A stretch of 64,000 nt of DNA from Moorena sp. SIOASIH (GTDB lineage Bacteria > Cyanobacteriota > Cyanobacteriia > Cyanobacteriales > Coleofasciculaceae): contig NZ_JAAHIH010000001.1 in the NCBI RefSeq assembly GCF_010671925.1, positions 613,053 through 677,052 of the forward strand, read 5' to 3'. The translations under genes were made by a program, and so were the position numbers. Under the pieces are notes generated by a model. The model searched no databases. It worked only from the letters and a program-made list of their open reading frames with translations, and was not told where the DNA came from. Positions 50,546 through 61,683 of this stretch are shown here, in pieces; position 1 is the stretch's first letter; every line of letters begins with the position of its first letter.

Positions 50546-51985
50546 CTATAATTGCCCAAATCCCTTCTTCTTCTTGGCTTTTTTCTTTTTCTTGCCAGAG
50601 CCACTACCACGCCAACCCGGTAGATTACCAGGATTTCCACCGCCCATACCACCTAACATACCACCTAACCCGCCCATGGCTGGCATCTGACCTTGACCCA
50701 TTTGCTGCATAAGCGATCGCATTCTGGTAAATTCACTCACCAGACCCCTGACGTCTTTTTCCGTATGACCAGAACCTTGGGCAATGCGGCGGCGGCGGCT
50801 CGGAGAGCTAGCTAATAAATCTGGGTTACGACGCTCCTCTGAGGTCATGGAACTAATCATAGCTTCGGACTGCTTGAGCTTGGTTTCCCCTTGTTGAAGT
50901 TGAGCAGAACTGAGTTTGCCCATGCCTGGAACCAGTTTCATCAAGCCACCAAGGGAGCCCATGTTTTTTAACAGGCGCATCTGCTTCAAGAAATCGCTGA
51001 AATCAAATTTTGCTTCCAGCATTTTCTGTTGCATCTGTTCAGCATCAGCGATGTCAATCTCTTCCTGGGCTTTCTCAACCAAGGTGAGTACATCCCCCAT
51101 ACCCAGAATCCGGGATGCCATCCGGTCAGGATAAAATGGTTGTAGTGCCTCGACCTTTTCCCCAACCCCAACAAATTTAATCGGCTGACCTGAAATTCGC
51201 CTGACTGAAAGGGCAGCACCACCACGACTATCCCCATCAAGTTTGGAGAGAATTGCCCCAGTAATGCCGATTTGGTCATGGAAAGTGCGGGTCAGGGTTG
51301 CTGCTTCCTGACCAGTCATGGCATCCACCACTAGTAGGGTATCGTGGGGTTGGACGGTTTCTTTAATGCGGGAGAGTTCTCCCATCATCTCTTGGTCGAT
51401 TTGCAGTCGTCCCGCTGTATCGATAATTACCGTATCAATAGCCATTGCTTTTGCCCGTTCTACCCCTTGACGAGCAATGTCTACTGGGTCAGCTTCTGTA
51501 CCTAACTCAAACACCGGTACATCAATTTGTTGACCGAGGGTGACTAATTGATCAATAGCTGCGGGTCGATACACGTCTGTAGCCACTAGCAAACAGCTAC
51601 GTTCAAGCTTACGCAGATGTAAAGCGAGTTTTGCACTGGCCGTAGTTTTACCAGTACCTTGTAGACCAGCCATTAGCACAACGGTTGGTGGGGTGTCTGC
51701 TTTAGCTAGGGGAACATTGGTTTCCCCCATCACTTGCACCAGTTCGTCGTAGACTATTTTGATGAACTGCTGGTCAGGGCGAACACCTGATATCACTTCA
51801 TTGCCTTGTGCTTTCGCTTCTACTTCAGCAACGAAATCTTTAACTACTTGTAGGTTGACGTCTGCCGATAAGAGGGCGCGACGCACTTCTTTTAGGGCGT
51901 CTTGGATGTTAGAATTAGAGATCTTGTCCTGACCCCGTAGTTTTTTCCAAGCATCTTCTAAGCGTTCGGCGAGAGCATCAAACAT
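50546..51985 (-). CDS. ffh: Signal recognition particle protein Ffh
   Basis: MFDALAERLE; GLQGTGKTTASAKLA; the M-domain; a Gly/Met-rich and Lys-rich tail; 479 aa. Confidence 0.95.
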   Translation of the reverse strand: MFDALAERLEDAWKKLRGQDKISNSNIQDALKEVRRALLSADVNLQVVKDFVAEVEAKAQGNEVISGVRPDQQFIKIVYDELVQVMGETNVPLAKADTPPTVVLMAGLQGTGKTTASAKLALHLRKLERSCLLVATDVYRPAAIDQLVTLGQQIDVPVFELGTEADPVDIARQGVERAKAMAIDTVIIDTAGRLQIDQEMMGELSRIKETVQPHDTLLVVDAMTGQEAATLTRTFHDQIGITGAILSKLDGDSRGGAALSVRRISGQPIKFVGVGEKVEALQPFYPDRMASRILGMGDVLTLVEKAQEEIDIADAEQMQQKMLEAKFDFSDFLKQMRLLKNMGSLGGLMKLVPGMGKLSSAQLQQGETKLKQSEAMISSMTSEERRNPDLLASSPSRRRRIAQGSGHTEKDVRGLVSEFTRMRSLMQQMGQGQMPAMGGLGGMLGGMGGGNPGNLPGWRGSGSGKKKKKAKKKKGFGQL

Positions 51986-52195
51986 ACGTCAATTGTGATG
52001 GTTTTGTTATAATGGTTACTTTACTGAGTCGCCAGAGTTTTGATATTCTATACATCTTAGCTACATATCTTATTAGGATAGCGCTTGTGAGGATTTTAGT
52101 TCAATGTTTTGGTAAGCATTTAACCCTGGGCTATTCGTGACATTGATTCAAGGGTTTAAAATCAAGGAATGACTTAAGAGCTACTGGGGAATTCG

Positions 52196-53131
52196 GTGAG
52201 CGTTAATCAACTTTCTGTGCAGAAGACCAGGGCTAGTTTTTCTCGATGCCAGCTACCACCACCCTTAAAACCGCCAGATCTATTGCGGGTAATTGTTCCC
52301 AGTGGAACCTTGCGTGAGGTTGATGCTTTCAATCGGGGGATTGAGATTTGGCGATCGCGTGGCTACCATGTCCAATTACCACACAACTGGAATGCTAGGG
52401 AAGGTTACCTAGCTGGAACCGATAGTCAGCGACGGCAACAGTTGCTCGAAGCGTGTCTTGACCCCAAATGTCGCGGCATTCTCTGTGCTAGAGGAGGTTA
52501 TGGTAGCGCTAGACTTCTGGAAGACTGGACATGGCCAGAACAGTTGAAGTGGTTGATTGGTTTTTCTGATATTACAGCTTTACTGTGGAGTCTTGCTCAG
52601 ATTGGGGTTTCGGGTGTTCATGGTCCGTTACTGACTACTATTGCTGCTGAACCGGAATGGTCACTTAAACGGTTGTTTGATTGGGTGGAAGGACGACCCA
52701 TAGCTCCATTGAAAGGGGTTGGTTGGGGAGGTGGTAAGGTTTATGGTGTGTTGCTACCGGCTAATCTTACAGTCGCTACTCACCTGCTGGGTACACCCCT
52801 ACAACCTTCCTTATCAGGAGTTATTCTTGCTCTCGAAGATGTCACTGAGGCTCCCTACCGCATTGACCGGATGTTGACTCAGTGGCGGATGAGTGGTGCA
52901 ATGGCCGGGGTTAAAGGTATTGCGTTAGGGCGGTTTAGCCGTTGTGCTCCTCCCAAGGATGTTCCTAGCTGGAGTGTGGAGGAAGTGTTGCGCGATCGCA
53001 TTTCAGATCTGGGTATACCAGTTGTCTCTGACTTGCCTTTCGGTCACGATGGGATTAACGCTGCCCTTCCTGTAGGACAGCTGGTTGAACTAGATGCTGA
53101 GGTCGGGACCTTGAGTTGGGTTGGAGGTTAG
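52196..53131 (+). CDS. ldcA: LD-carboxypeptidase (peptidase S66, muramoyltetrapeptide carboxypeptidase-like)
   Basis: ILCARGGYGSARLL and GFSDITALL (Ser nucleophile); the C-terminal GHDGINAALPVG contains the catalytic His. Confidence 0.75.
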   Translation: MSVNQLSVQKTRASFSRCQLPPPLKPPDLLRVIVPSGTLREVDAFNRGIEIWRSRGYHVQLPHNWNAREGYLAGTDSQRRQQLLEACLDPKCRGILCARGGYGSARLLEDWTWPEQLKWLIGFSDITALLWSLAQIGVSGVHGPLLTTIAAEPEWSLKRLFDWVEGRPIAPLKGVGWGGGKVYGVLLPANLTVATHLLGTPLQPSLSGVILALEDVTEAPYRIDRMLTQWRMSGAMAGVKGIALGRFSRCAPPKDVPSWSVEEVLRDRISDLGIPVVSDLPFGHDGINAALPVGQLVELDAEVGTLSWVGG

Positions 53132-53300
53132 CAGGTTAGCAGGTTAGCAGGTTGAAAGTTGGCAGGTTGAAGGTTAGCCAGTTAGCAGGTTAGCAGGTTG
53201 AAGGTTAGCAGGTTGAAGGTTAGCAGGTTGAAGGTTAGCCAGTTAGCAGGTTAGCAGGTTAGCAGGTTGGCAGGTTGGCAGGTTGGCAGGGTGAAGAGTG
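53132..53300. repeat. Heptamer repeat block (GGTTAGCA/GGTTGAA/GGTTGGCA)n
   Basis: Direct reading. Confidence 0.85.
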
Positions 53301-53456
53301 AAAGGTTGTTATTCCCTTTCTTTCCATCACCTTTTAAGGAAGGCACTACCTTCGATTGTAACTTAGTGTTAACACTTAAAATCAGTAGAGTAAAGGGAAT
53401 ACCAGCATGATAAGCTGACAAATACACTTAAAAAAGTATAATAGGATAGATACCAT

Positions 53457-54518
53457 ATGGCTGGGTCAACCCAGGTTCCTTATTTGTTGAGGGCGGCTCA
53501 TGGTGAGGAGTTAGAGCGCCCCCCTGTGTGGATGATGCGACAGGCAGGTCGTTATATGAAGGTTTATCGCGATTTACGGGATAAGTATCCGAGTTTTCGC
53601 GAGCGCTCCGAAAACCCAGACATCGCGATTGAGATTTCTCTACAACCCTGGAAAGCGTTTAAACCAGATGGAGTGATTTTGTTCTCTGATATTCTAACTC
53701 CATTGCCAGGGATTGGTATCGATTTTGATATTGTCGAAAGTAAAGGGCCAATCATTAACCAACCGATTCGTACCCAGAAACAAATTGACCAGCTACATCT
53801 GTTGGATTTAGAGAAATTTGGGTTTATCCAGGAAATTTTGAAGGCGCTACGGGAAGAAGTGGGCAATGACGCAGCAGTGCTGGGTTTTGTCGGTGCTCCC
53901 TGGACTTTGGGGGCTTATGCAATTGAGGGTAAAAGTTCTAAAAATTACTCCATTATTAAAGGGATGGCGTTCTCACAACCAGCTATGCTACACCAATTCT
54001 TGGGTAAGCTAGCTGATGCGATCGCTATCTATGTCCGTTACCAAATTAATAGCGGTGCTCAGGTCATACAAATGTTTGACTCTTGGGCAGGTGAACTGAG
54101 TCCCCAAGACTACGAAACCTTTGCCTTACCCTATCAGCAGCGAGTAGTACAGCAGGTTAAAGCAACTCACCCAAATACCCCCTTCATTCTCTATATCAGT
54201 GGTAGCGCTGGAGTGCTTGAACGCATGGGACAGTCGGGGGTTGATATGGTCAGCGTAGACTGGACCGTAGACATGGCAGAAGCTAGAACAAGATTGGGTG
54301 ATAAGATGAAAGTTCAGGGCAATATCGACCCAGGAGTGCTGTTTGGGTCACAAGCTTTTATCCGCGATCGCATTGTCGATACTATTCGCAAAGCTGGCAA
54401 CAAAGGTCATATCTTAAATCTCGGTCATGGTGTTTTACCCGGAACTCCAGAAGATAATGTTAGATTCTTCTTTGAAACTGCCAAACAGGCAGATCAATTA
54501 ATGGCTGTTCATGCATAA
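53457..54518 (+). CDS. hemE: Uroporphyrinogen decarboxylase
   Basis: [12 protein letters not shown] is the signature N-terminus; 353 aa, full length. Confidence 0.95.
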   Translation: MAGSTQVPYLLRAAHGEELERPPVWMMRQAGRYMKVYRDLRDKYPSFRERSENPDIAIEISLQPWKAFKPDGVILFSDILTPLPGIGIDFDIVESKGPIINQPIRTQKQIDQLHLLDLEKFGFIQEILKALREEVGNDAAVLGFVGAPWTLGAYAIEGKSSKNYSIIKGMAFSQPAMLHQFLGKLADAIAIYVRYQINSGAQVIQMFDSWAGELSPQDYETFALPYQQRVVQQVKATHPNTPFILYISGSAGVLERMGQSGVDMVSVDWTVDMAEARTRLGDKMKVQGNIDPGVLFGSQAFIRDRIVDTIRKAGNKGHILNLGHGVLPGTPEDNVRFFFETAKQADQLMAVHA

Positions 54519-54589
54519 TAGATAAAATAAGAGGAAGTAGATAGTAAATTACTAGATTCTGTGCCATTTTATCCCTCTAACAGTCATAG

Positions 54590-54760
54590 GTTTGGGGAGC
54601 GCTAGTCCCCCCTAGGGTATCCTGCGGTCAGAGTTGGACCGGGCTTTCAAGGTGCAGACGTTTACTTGTCCACGTAGCCCCTCCGCTAAATGGAATCCCC
54701 GCCTCAGTCTCATCCCCTTGAAGGGGATGAGATGAACAACAAATTAGACTACTAAGGATA
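54590..54760 (+). ncRNA. Candidate structured RNA element in a long 5' leader (weak resemblance to guanidine-I/ykkC conserved segments)
   Basis: CTAGGGTATCC..GGTCAGAG..GGACCGGGC resembles the ykkC blocks CUAGGGUUCCG / GGUCCGAGAG / GCCCGGG only partially. A strong hairpin TCATCCCCTTGAAGGGGATGA lies at 54709-54729. Not verified. Confidence 0.2.
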
Positions 54761-54911
54761 GAATCCTTCAAGATGCATCACCACCACAATCAAGGGAGTG
54801 TTCTTCACTCCATCAAAACCTTTTTGTACCCCTAGAAGTAGTTGACCTAGTTGTCTATTAGTGTTAGGTCAGGGTCAGTAGTATATCACGAAATCTAAAA
54901 TCCAAAATCCC

Positions 54912-55907
54912 ATGACCTCCAAGCGGATTTTTATCACTGGTGCTAGTGGCTGCATTGGTCACTACATCACTGAAGCGTTAAGTCTCGAAACTGACCATGA
55001 GTTGTATTTGTTAGTCAGAAACCCTGACAAATTCAAGTTTGACGACTTGAAGTGTGGCGACAAGAGGCGTGCTGGCATTACCATCCTAGAAGGTGACCTG
55101 CGGCAGATTGAAGACTTTGGTGACTTGCTCAAGACAATGGATGCGGCAATTCTGGCAGCAACCGCTTGGGGAGGGCAACAGGAAACATTCGATATTAACG
55201 TTGTCAAAACTATCCAGTTAATGAACTTGCTTGACCCTACTGTTTGTGAGCAAGTGATTTATTTCTCTACTGCTAGCGTACTGGATAGGAATAACCAATT
55301 ACTGACAGAGGCCGGTGAACTTGGAACAGAATATATCTATTCCAAATACACTTGTCTGAAGCGCTTATCCCAATTAGCGTCCGCTCCTAAGATTACTACC
55401 CTATTTCCTACCTTGGTACTGGGGGGAGACGAAACTAAACCCTACTCCCATCTATCATCGGGACTCCCAGATATTGTCAAATGGATTAACTTGATTCGTT
55501 GGTTTAAAGCTGATGGCAGTTTCCACTTCATCCACGCCCAAGATATTGCTCAGGTCGTGCGATACCTGATTGATCATCCTCCCTATCAAGCATTGAGTGC
55601 AGAACCAGAGTGGATGTCTAGTGGTAGATTAGTTTTGGGTTGTCAGCCGTTGAGTGTCAACCAAGCCGTAGAAGAAGTTTGTAGGTATCTTGGTATTCAA
55701 ATTTATTTTCGCCTACCATTGTTTATCTGGCTTGCCAATATCTTTATTGTGCTGTTCCGGATTCAGATGGATCCTTGGAGTCGGTTTTCCTTGAACTACC
55801 GACATTTTATTTATCAGAACCCCGTTAATCCAACCACCTTTGGTTTACCGACTTACTGTCCTACACTTACTGACGTTCTCAAAGTTAGTGGCATTAGCAG
55901 AGATTAG
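54912..55907 (+). CDS. NAD-dependent epimerase/dehydratase-family protein (extended SDR)
   Basis: N-terminal IFITGASGCIGHYITEAL Rossmann motif; the catalytic YSKYTCLK (Y-x3-K); 331 aa. Confidence 0.8.
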   Translation: MTSKRIFITGASGCIGHYITEALSLETDHELYLLVRNPDKFKFDDLKCGDKRRAGITILEGDLRQIEDFGDLLKTMDAAILAATAWGGQQETFDINVVKTIQLMNLLDPTVCEQVIYFSTASVLDRNNQLLTEAGELGTEYIYSKYTCLKRLSQLASAPKITTLFPTLVLGGDETKPYSHLSSGLPDIVKWINLIRWFKADGSFHFIHAQDIAQVVRYLIDHPPYQALSAEPEWMSSGRLVLGCQPLSVNQAVEEVCRYLGIQIYFRLPLFIWLANIFIVLFRIQMDPWSRFSLNYRHFIYQNPVNPTTFGLPTYCPTLTDVLKVSGISRD

Positions 55908-56189
55908 ATTTTTCAAATCGTGACACTTTAAACTAGAAACAAGACTCCTATTTAAGTTGTCTTTAAGTTTTCCATTGCTGAAATATAAATTCTGCTTAAT
56001 TTTAACATAACACCATCAAATGATCCATAACTCGGCTCAAGTCCACTAGCTTAATTCGTTGATAGTCTTAGGATAAACAACGCGATTAACCGAGGTTGCT
56101 CTAACTCACAAATTTATCTGAATAAAATAATACTATCATCTCCGGTTGACTAATTATTAGAATCAGTAATTAGTCTCGGAGGGAGACAA

Positions 56190-56370
56190 GCGCACCCCCC
56201 ATCTCCCCATCTCCCCATCTCCCCATCTCCCCATATTCCCTCCTGGGAGGGGTTAGGGGTGGGTCCCCATCTCCCCATCTCCCCATCTCCCCATCTCCCC
56301 ATCTCCCCATCTCCCCACCCTCCCTCTAATTATGGGTATTCAACCTGACTTGATATTAGTTATTACCCAT
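56190..56370. repeat. (CCCCATCT)n C-rich/G-rich octamer array joined to the conserved motif GGGTATTCAACCTGACTTGATATTAGTTATTACCC
   Basis: Same architecture as 24340-24476 (inverted orientation) and 63090-63185. Confidence 0.7.
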
Positions 56371-56749
56371 TACTAAACACAAGGTATTCAAAGCTTTTTA
56401 AGCATCCAATCAAAGCTTTTTATAAATCCTTTACCTGCCGTAAATTAATTTTACAAAATCTTTAAATAATCCATACGTATAATTACGCTGACTTTATAAT
56501 CAATAGCGAATTTTTCGCTTATTCTTAATCTATAAATGGAAGTATTCAGCCCTCAGCTAACGCCCTAGGCGTATCTACCATTGCCAGCTATCAGCCATTG
56601 CCTGAGCTGAATGCTTACCTATAAATAGGGATTTTTTTCCGGTTAATTATATTATATGAATGGTAAAAAATCAATTCATTATAATGATATTCCGGATTTT
56701 TTTAGGCACCAATCAATATCTGTGCTCACTGTTGATTACAACAATTACA

Positions 56750-56905
56750 ACGTAAGCATATGCGCTACGCGCAGGCTACGCCAACAGCTATCAGCTATCA
56801 GCTATCAGCTAATGCGCTACAGATGGTGCTACTTGAGGTGCTATCAGCTATCAGCGACCACTAACCACTGAGCACTGACTACTGACGGCTGAATGCTTAC
56901 ATTAC
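56750..56905. repeat. MITE-like element (GTAAGCATATGCGCTACGCGCAG.. (CAGCTAT)n .. GCTACTTGAGGTGC .. GACGGCTGAATGCTTAC)
   Basis: Same modules and terminus as the 4226 and 8300 elements. Confidence 0.5.
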
Positions 56906-57020
56906 AACACTAGTATCAGAACAATTATTGTGCCTTGAATTTCCCAAATTGAACCGCAAATTTAGGCAGTTCAAAAAAAACTTCGTTGGCTGAAATTTAT
57001 TCCACAACACCCAGAAAAAT

Positions 57021-57860
57021 ATGAAAATGAACAAAACCATTGCTAAAAAATTATTACTGTTCGCTACAGTAACCGGTTCCGTTCTCGCTGCTGCACCCAG
57101 TTTGGCTGCTACTTTCGCTTTGTCTAAAGGATCCTTTGACTTGAGAAACTTTAGTACTGATCCTCTGGAAGTCGTTACCCTGGCTGAAGCCGACACTTTT
57201 ACGATTTCAACTGGGGGTGAGGTGATTGCTGAGGCGAACGCGGAGTCAAGTTTTACCCCTGATTCACTCAATCCACTAAAACGAGCTCGTAATAAATCTT
57301 TGAGTACCGCTGAGGGTGAAGGAAGCAACTACCGTGGTGTGGCGGAAAGTTTTGCTGGACTTATCGGTTACAACTTCTTTGTCGATGCAGGGGAAACCTT
57401 TTCTTTCGATTTCAATGGTTTTCTCGATCTAATCACATTAATCGACAATCCACCTGCAGAAAGTGCAAGTGCCGAGGGCACCATAACTTTGGAGTTATAT
57501 CACAGCAATGACTTGAGTACTCCCATCGACTTCTTCGCTCTCTCTGGTAACTTAGAGACTCTAGGAGATGATGATTTCCTTGTGTCTGCTCACAGTGACA
57601 ATGTGTTTGCTGATAACGACTTTACTAAGTTGTTTGGAGGAACAGAGGAATTTGCTCTGGCTGATGTTCAGGGTTATTATGAGCGCACTTTCGAGACAGC
57701 AACTTATTTGACCTTAGTCGAAGCTAAAACGAATAAGGTAACCGTTAAAGCTCCTGAATCCTCAAACTTGCTAGGCTTACTTTTCTTTGGTTTACTGAGC
57801 ATTGGATACCGAGTAAAAACTAAAAGTTTTACCGATAAGTCAAAATTATTAAGGGATTAA
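57021..57860 (+). CDS. Secreted PEP-CTERM-anchored protein
   Basis: N-terminal signal peptide. C-terminal APESSNLLGLLFFGLLSIGYRVKTK is a PEP-like motif followed by a TM segment and a basic cluster, i.e. an exosortase sorting signal. Confidence 0.65.
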   Translation: MKMNKTIAKKLLLFATVTGSVLAAAPSLAATFALSKGSFDLRNFSTDPLEVVTLAEADTFTISTGGEVIAEANAESSFTPDSLNPLKRARNKSLSTAEGEGSNYRGVAESFAGLIGYNFFVDAGETFSFDFNGFLDLITLIDNPPAESASAEGTITLELYHSNDLSTPIDFFALSGNLETLGDDDFLVSAHSDNVFADNDFTKLFGGTEEFALADVQGYYERTFETATYLTLVEAKTNKVTVKAPESSNLLGLLFFGLLSIGYRVKTKSFTDKSKLLRD

Positions 57861-58040
57861 TCCTACTAATAATCAAGTCCGGTTAATCACGTATCAACTC
57901 CTGGATTGTTGCTCATTAGTAATCGGTAATGAGTAATCGTAAACTACCAATTACTAATCCCCCTATTACCAATTACTAATTACCCGATCAGGAATATGAT
58001 AATTAGTCAACCGGATTTGATAGGATTAGTTATTAGTTGG

Positions 58041-58077
58041 AAAAAAATAAGGGAGCATTTTGCTCCCTTATTTTTTT
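58041..58077. terminator. Bidirectional intrinsic terminator A7-TAAGGGAGC-loop-GCTCCCTTA-T7
   Basis: A 9-bp perfect stem flanked by an A-run and a T-run, 180 nt downstream of the PEP-CTERM gene. Confidence 0.7.
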
Positions 58078-58458
58078 CCTGATTTTGCTCTCTTATCTTT
58101 GACCGTAGAAGAAGCAAAGCTAGAGCTGGAACTTCTACTATAACTCCTGCCCGACTCTCTGGTCACAGTAACCTCTTGACTGGTGTTTGCTTGATCACTA
58201 GATGCAAATGCCCTACTTTCCGCTTGGACTACTACCTTTCCATCTGGTGAAACTATCCATTTTCTGATTATCGGGGAGCGAATCATAATTTAATGCCTCC
58301 ATGGCTTTTTTGATAGATGTTTACCTACTTTAAAGGGTAAGCTATCAGCTGATAGCTGATAGCTGATAGCACCTCAAGTAGCGTGCGCGTAGCGCATAAG
58401 CTGATAGCTTACGACTGATAGCTGACTTACCCATTACCCATTACCCTAAATAATTCCA

Positions 58459-59241
58459 CTACTGACTTAACGCCTCAACAGTTTGACTCTCAACATTATC
58501 AAGCATAGTGTCACTATGAAGCATATAGTTGAGTTCACGATTGAGCCAATCCTGAAACAGTCTATCCAATATCTCGTCGTACCTTTCCGGTGTTAATTCA
58601 GCAGGGATAAATGTTTCTACCATCAAGATATGATAACCCTGAGGAGTTTTGACCGGATTGACCACTTGTCCAATAGGTACACCAAAGACAATCGCTGCTA
58701 TATCTGGACGTAAATTCCAACGGTAAAGCTTCCCTTCAAAACCGCACTTCTGTCGGCGTTCCTCATCAATGTCATAGATATGAGCTGCTTCATAAAAGCT
58801 AATTTCTTTTTCTTCAATTTGATAGAAAAGTTCTTGGGCAAGTTTACCGTTTTCTACAAGGATTTGATAAAGCAAGATTTGGTCAAAATCTAGTCGGTTT
58901 TGACCAAAAAACTTTTCCACGTCTTTATCAAATAGAGACTTGGATAACTTTTTAGCTAGCAATTGCTGGCGAATTCCGGCTTCCCAGTCATCGGAAGTAA
59001 TCATATTATCCGCTAGCCAAGCTAGAGTGTCTGAAGCCTTCTCCAAGCGATTTTGGTGACGGAATTTATCTGCCTCTTCCTGAATTTCTTCGGCGGTGAC
59101 GGTTAAGTTTCTTTCGACAGCAGCTCGATTAATGACTTTTTGATACAAAATTTTCTCAGAGACGTCTTTGAGCTTGATTTCTCGTTTCAGAAACTCAGTA
59201 ATTTCCTGTGGTTCAAGAGATGCTCTAGAAAGAATAGTCAT
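58459..59241 (-). CDS. PpiC-type peptidyl-prolyl cis-trans isomerase (SurA-like N-domain + parvulin domain)
   Basis: The C-terminal KTPQGYHILMVE is the parvulin signature; 260 aa. Confidence 0.7.
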   Translation of the reverse strand: MTILSRASLEPQEITEFLKREIKLKDVSEKILYQKVINRAAVERNLTVTAEEIQEEADKFRHQNRLEKASDTLAWLADNMITSDDWEAGIRQQLLAKKLSKSLFDKDVEKFFGQNRLDFDQILLYQILVENGKLAQELFYQIEEKEISFYEAAHIYDIDEERRQKCGFEGKLYRWNLRPDIAAIVFGVPIGQVVNPVKTPQGYHILMVETFIPAELTPERYDEILDRLFQDWLNRELNYMLHSDTMLDNVESQTVEALSQ

Positions 59242-59341
59242 GGTTAGGTTTTATTTGCTCAGATTTTAGCTGATGGGGTAATCGGGCAATATATGAGTTA
59301 ACAGATGTAAGGGATGGGGTGATTCCGACTACTTATCAATT

Positions 59342-60172
59342 TTATGCTAAAATTGGATCAGATACTGTGATGAAATCAGCATCAGTGAGGGTAGTTGCAC
59401 TCTGTCCATCCACGGTTCCTTGGACTACAGCTAGAATATCGTTATTGAATTTCACCAAAGTGGCATCAACAATGCCATTACCAGTGCTATCAAATACGTC
59501 TAGTAGGATGTCCTCCCCAGATAGTCCCCCAGTTAAACCAATCTTGTCATTGTCAGCAGCATTGAAATCAGTGATTACATCAGCTAGAGAGGGGTCAGTT
59601 ATCGGACTAGTTGTTTCCAATCCCAGCACAAATGTATCGCTACCGTTTCCCCCTGTGAGAGTATCCGTACCAAAGCCACCAATCAAGACATCGTCCCCAT
59701 CTCCGCCAGTTAGTTCATCATTGCCCTGAGTACCCCGCACTGTGCTATTGCCATTAATAGTAGTCATGCTCATCACATTGGAGCCTACACCTGCACTCAC
59801 ACTGCTGATTAAGCCATTGCTACTGCTTGAACTCAACCGATTACTTGATAAACTGCTATTTGTGCTATTTGTTTGTGAGTCGTTAGTTACTATCCTAATA
59901 CCATCGTTACCATTGATAGCGAGGCTATTGTTTGTGATCGTTCTGGAAGAATTGTTTGAAGAATTGTTTGTAGTCGCAGTTGAACTAGTAATTACACTAG
60001 GGTTCTCTGGGATACTGTCTGGGATACTGTCTGTGATGCTGTCTGTGATACTGTCTGTGATGCTCTGTGTGATGGGCTTTGTGAACCTCTGTTTGAGCCT
60101 CTCTGCAATTCGGCTCAAACGAGGAAATGTAAACCTTATTGTTCTGATGAAACTTCTGTTTAAATCAAACAT
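59342..60172 (-). CDS. Calcium-binding protein with haemolysin-type (RTX) nonapeptide repeats
   Basis: [36 protein letters not shown] are GGxGxD repeats. N-terminal (SITD)n repeats. Confidence 0.7.
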   Translation of the reverse strand: MFDLNRSFIRTIRFTFPRLSRIAERLKQRFTKPITQSITDSITDSITDSIPDSIPENPSVITSSTATTNNSSNNSSRTITNNSLAINGNDGIRIVTNDSQTNSTNSSLSSNRLSSSSSNGLISSVSAGVGSNVMSMTTINGNSTVRGTQGNDELTGGDGDDVLIGGFGTDTLTGGNGSDTFVLGLETTSPITDPSLADVITDFNAADNDKIGLTGGLSGEDILLDVFDSTGNGIVDATLVKFNNDILAVVQGTVDGQSATTLTDADFITVSDPILA

Positions 60173-60695
60173 GGTTCTGAATCGGTTAGAAGCCGTGTAT
60201 TATTATTAAGCTGCACCTGTTGAACCTGGTTTGTGGAGTGTTAAGTGTTGCATGTGGAGTGTTGACCGTTAACTGCTCTATAGACGAACAAACAGGTCTT
60301 ACTCCTACCAACCTTCAACCGTTAACTGTCAGCAAAAATCGCTCAATTCAAAAACTATGTCAATTAAATGGTGATTAGCTTAAGCCTTTAACCTGTCTCT
60401 ATAAGGCTGCTCCACTCATCGGATAATTGTCTGGTAATTGATTGGTAATTGATTGGTAATTGATTGGTAATTAAATATCTATGAGTTTAGGGAGTTTAGG
60501 CTCAACCTAAAAAAGGAATGAAAATCTTTTACCCTTCATTCCTAATTCGATTCCCTCCTAATTATCAAGCTAGGGGCTAGGTGCTAGGCTATAGAAAGTT
60601 TAGTTACCATCGCCCATCGCCTAGTCTCCCTTACCTATTACCGAAAATTACCGAAAACCCTTATTGATTTATAGCCGGATTTACTACAATCGGTA

Positions 60696-61001
60696 TTATC
60701 TATATCTACCGAAAAACAAAGACAAACTGTCAGACTGAGCCCGGAAAAGTCCTTTCCTAGTCCTAGACTCAGCATCAGCACTCGCCTTGGCGATGCTCTT
60801 CTTTGAAAACCTGCTATTTATTACTCTTGAATCAGCATCAGTCACTGCTGAGGTTTGATCGCCATCAGCGAATGCATTAGCGTCTGCTAATGCCACGTCA
60901 GCTCTAGCAAGTGTTCTGGTATTTGCCTGAGCAATTCCACCGCCTATAATCCAGCTTTCCTGAGCATATTCCCGAAAAAAATTTAGGTTATTAATAATCA
61001 T
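60696..61001 (-). CDS. Small protein with a double-glycine-type leader-like N-terminus (MIINNLNFFREYAQESWIIGGG) and an Ala/Asp-rich body
   Basis: 101-aa ORF upstream of three related tandem genes. Leader assignment is by pattern only. Confidence 0.3.
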   Translation of the reverse strand: MIINNLNFFREYAQESWIIGGGIAQANTRTLARADVALADANAFADGDQTSAVTDADSRVINSRFSKKSIAKASADAESRTRKGLFRAQSDSLSLFFGRYR

Positions 61002-61389
61002 TAATCAACCTCTACCTGTATAGCTGTGCCTCTTAGATTGATGATAAGGATGGATAAGCCTCACATTCTTTTATGAATAAAAAGGGGGTTCCTATCCCAA
61101 AATCCCTAATTTCAAACTACCTACATTTTAAACTACCTGGGCATCACTAGTTTTTGTTAACTGATAGTTTTCAGTAAACTAAAATTACGAAAACCTTTCT
61201 GTTCCAGGTTCTCCGTTCCCTTTTCTTTGTATCCACCCAGTTAATTGGAATTGTTTCCAAATTTGCTCTTTCTATTGGCCTTAATTAAGGGGGAAGCATT
61301 GGTCAGTAAATCTAGAGATGAATTTATCCTATATAGAAATGCTTACCCCCAGCAATCTGATCAGGTACTACGATTAGTCCCTACTAAGA

Positions 61390-61683
61390 TTAGTTCACAA
61401 AAGCCACAGAAAGAGAAATTGCCGAAGAGCCGAAGGAATTGGCTTGAGCGTCAGTAATGGTTTCAGCCAGACTATCCTTACCAACAGCATCAGCGGTAGC
61501 TTCAGCAGTAGCGGCGTTGCCCCGAACCTTCACAATAGACTCAAAGCGCTCTCTGATATCGACCCTTTTATTGATATCAATGTCCTTGAAATCGCGGAAG
61601 AATACACGTCCGGAGAATCCTGCGCCAACGATGTTAGTTTCTTCGTTAACAACTTCGATGTGATTTAGGTCAGAAATATTCAT
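61390..61683 (-). CDS. Small protein, tandem paralog 1 (MNISDLNHIEVVNEETNIVGAG.. leader-like N-terminus)
   Basis: 97 aa. Three near-identical copies at a 506-bp period, each with its own copy of the upstream hairpin/promoter module. Confidence 0.5.
   Translation of the reverse strand: MNISDLNHIEVVNEETNIVGAGFSGRVFFRDFKDIDINKRVDIRERFESIVKVRGNAATAEATADAVGKDSLAETITDAQANSFGSSAISLSVAFVN

Noticed and set aside
56656-56871. 71-aa ORF
   Set aside because: It runs through a MITE-like repeat (CAGCTAT heptamers, GCGCTACGCGCAG) and is not coding.
58068-58286. 72-aa minus-strand ORF
   Set aside because: Its 3' end runs into the stem of the bidirectional terminator at 58041-58077. It is Ser/Arg-rich low complexity and likely spurious.
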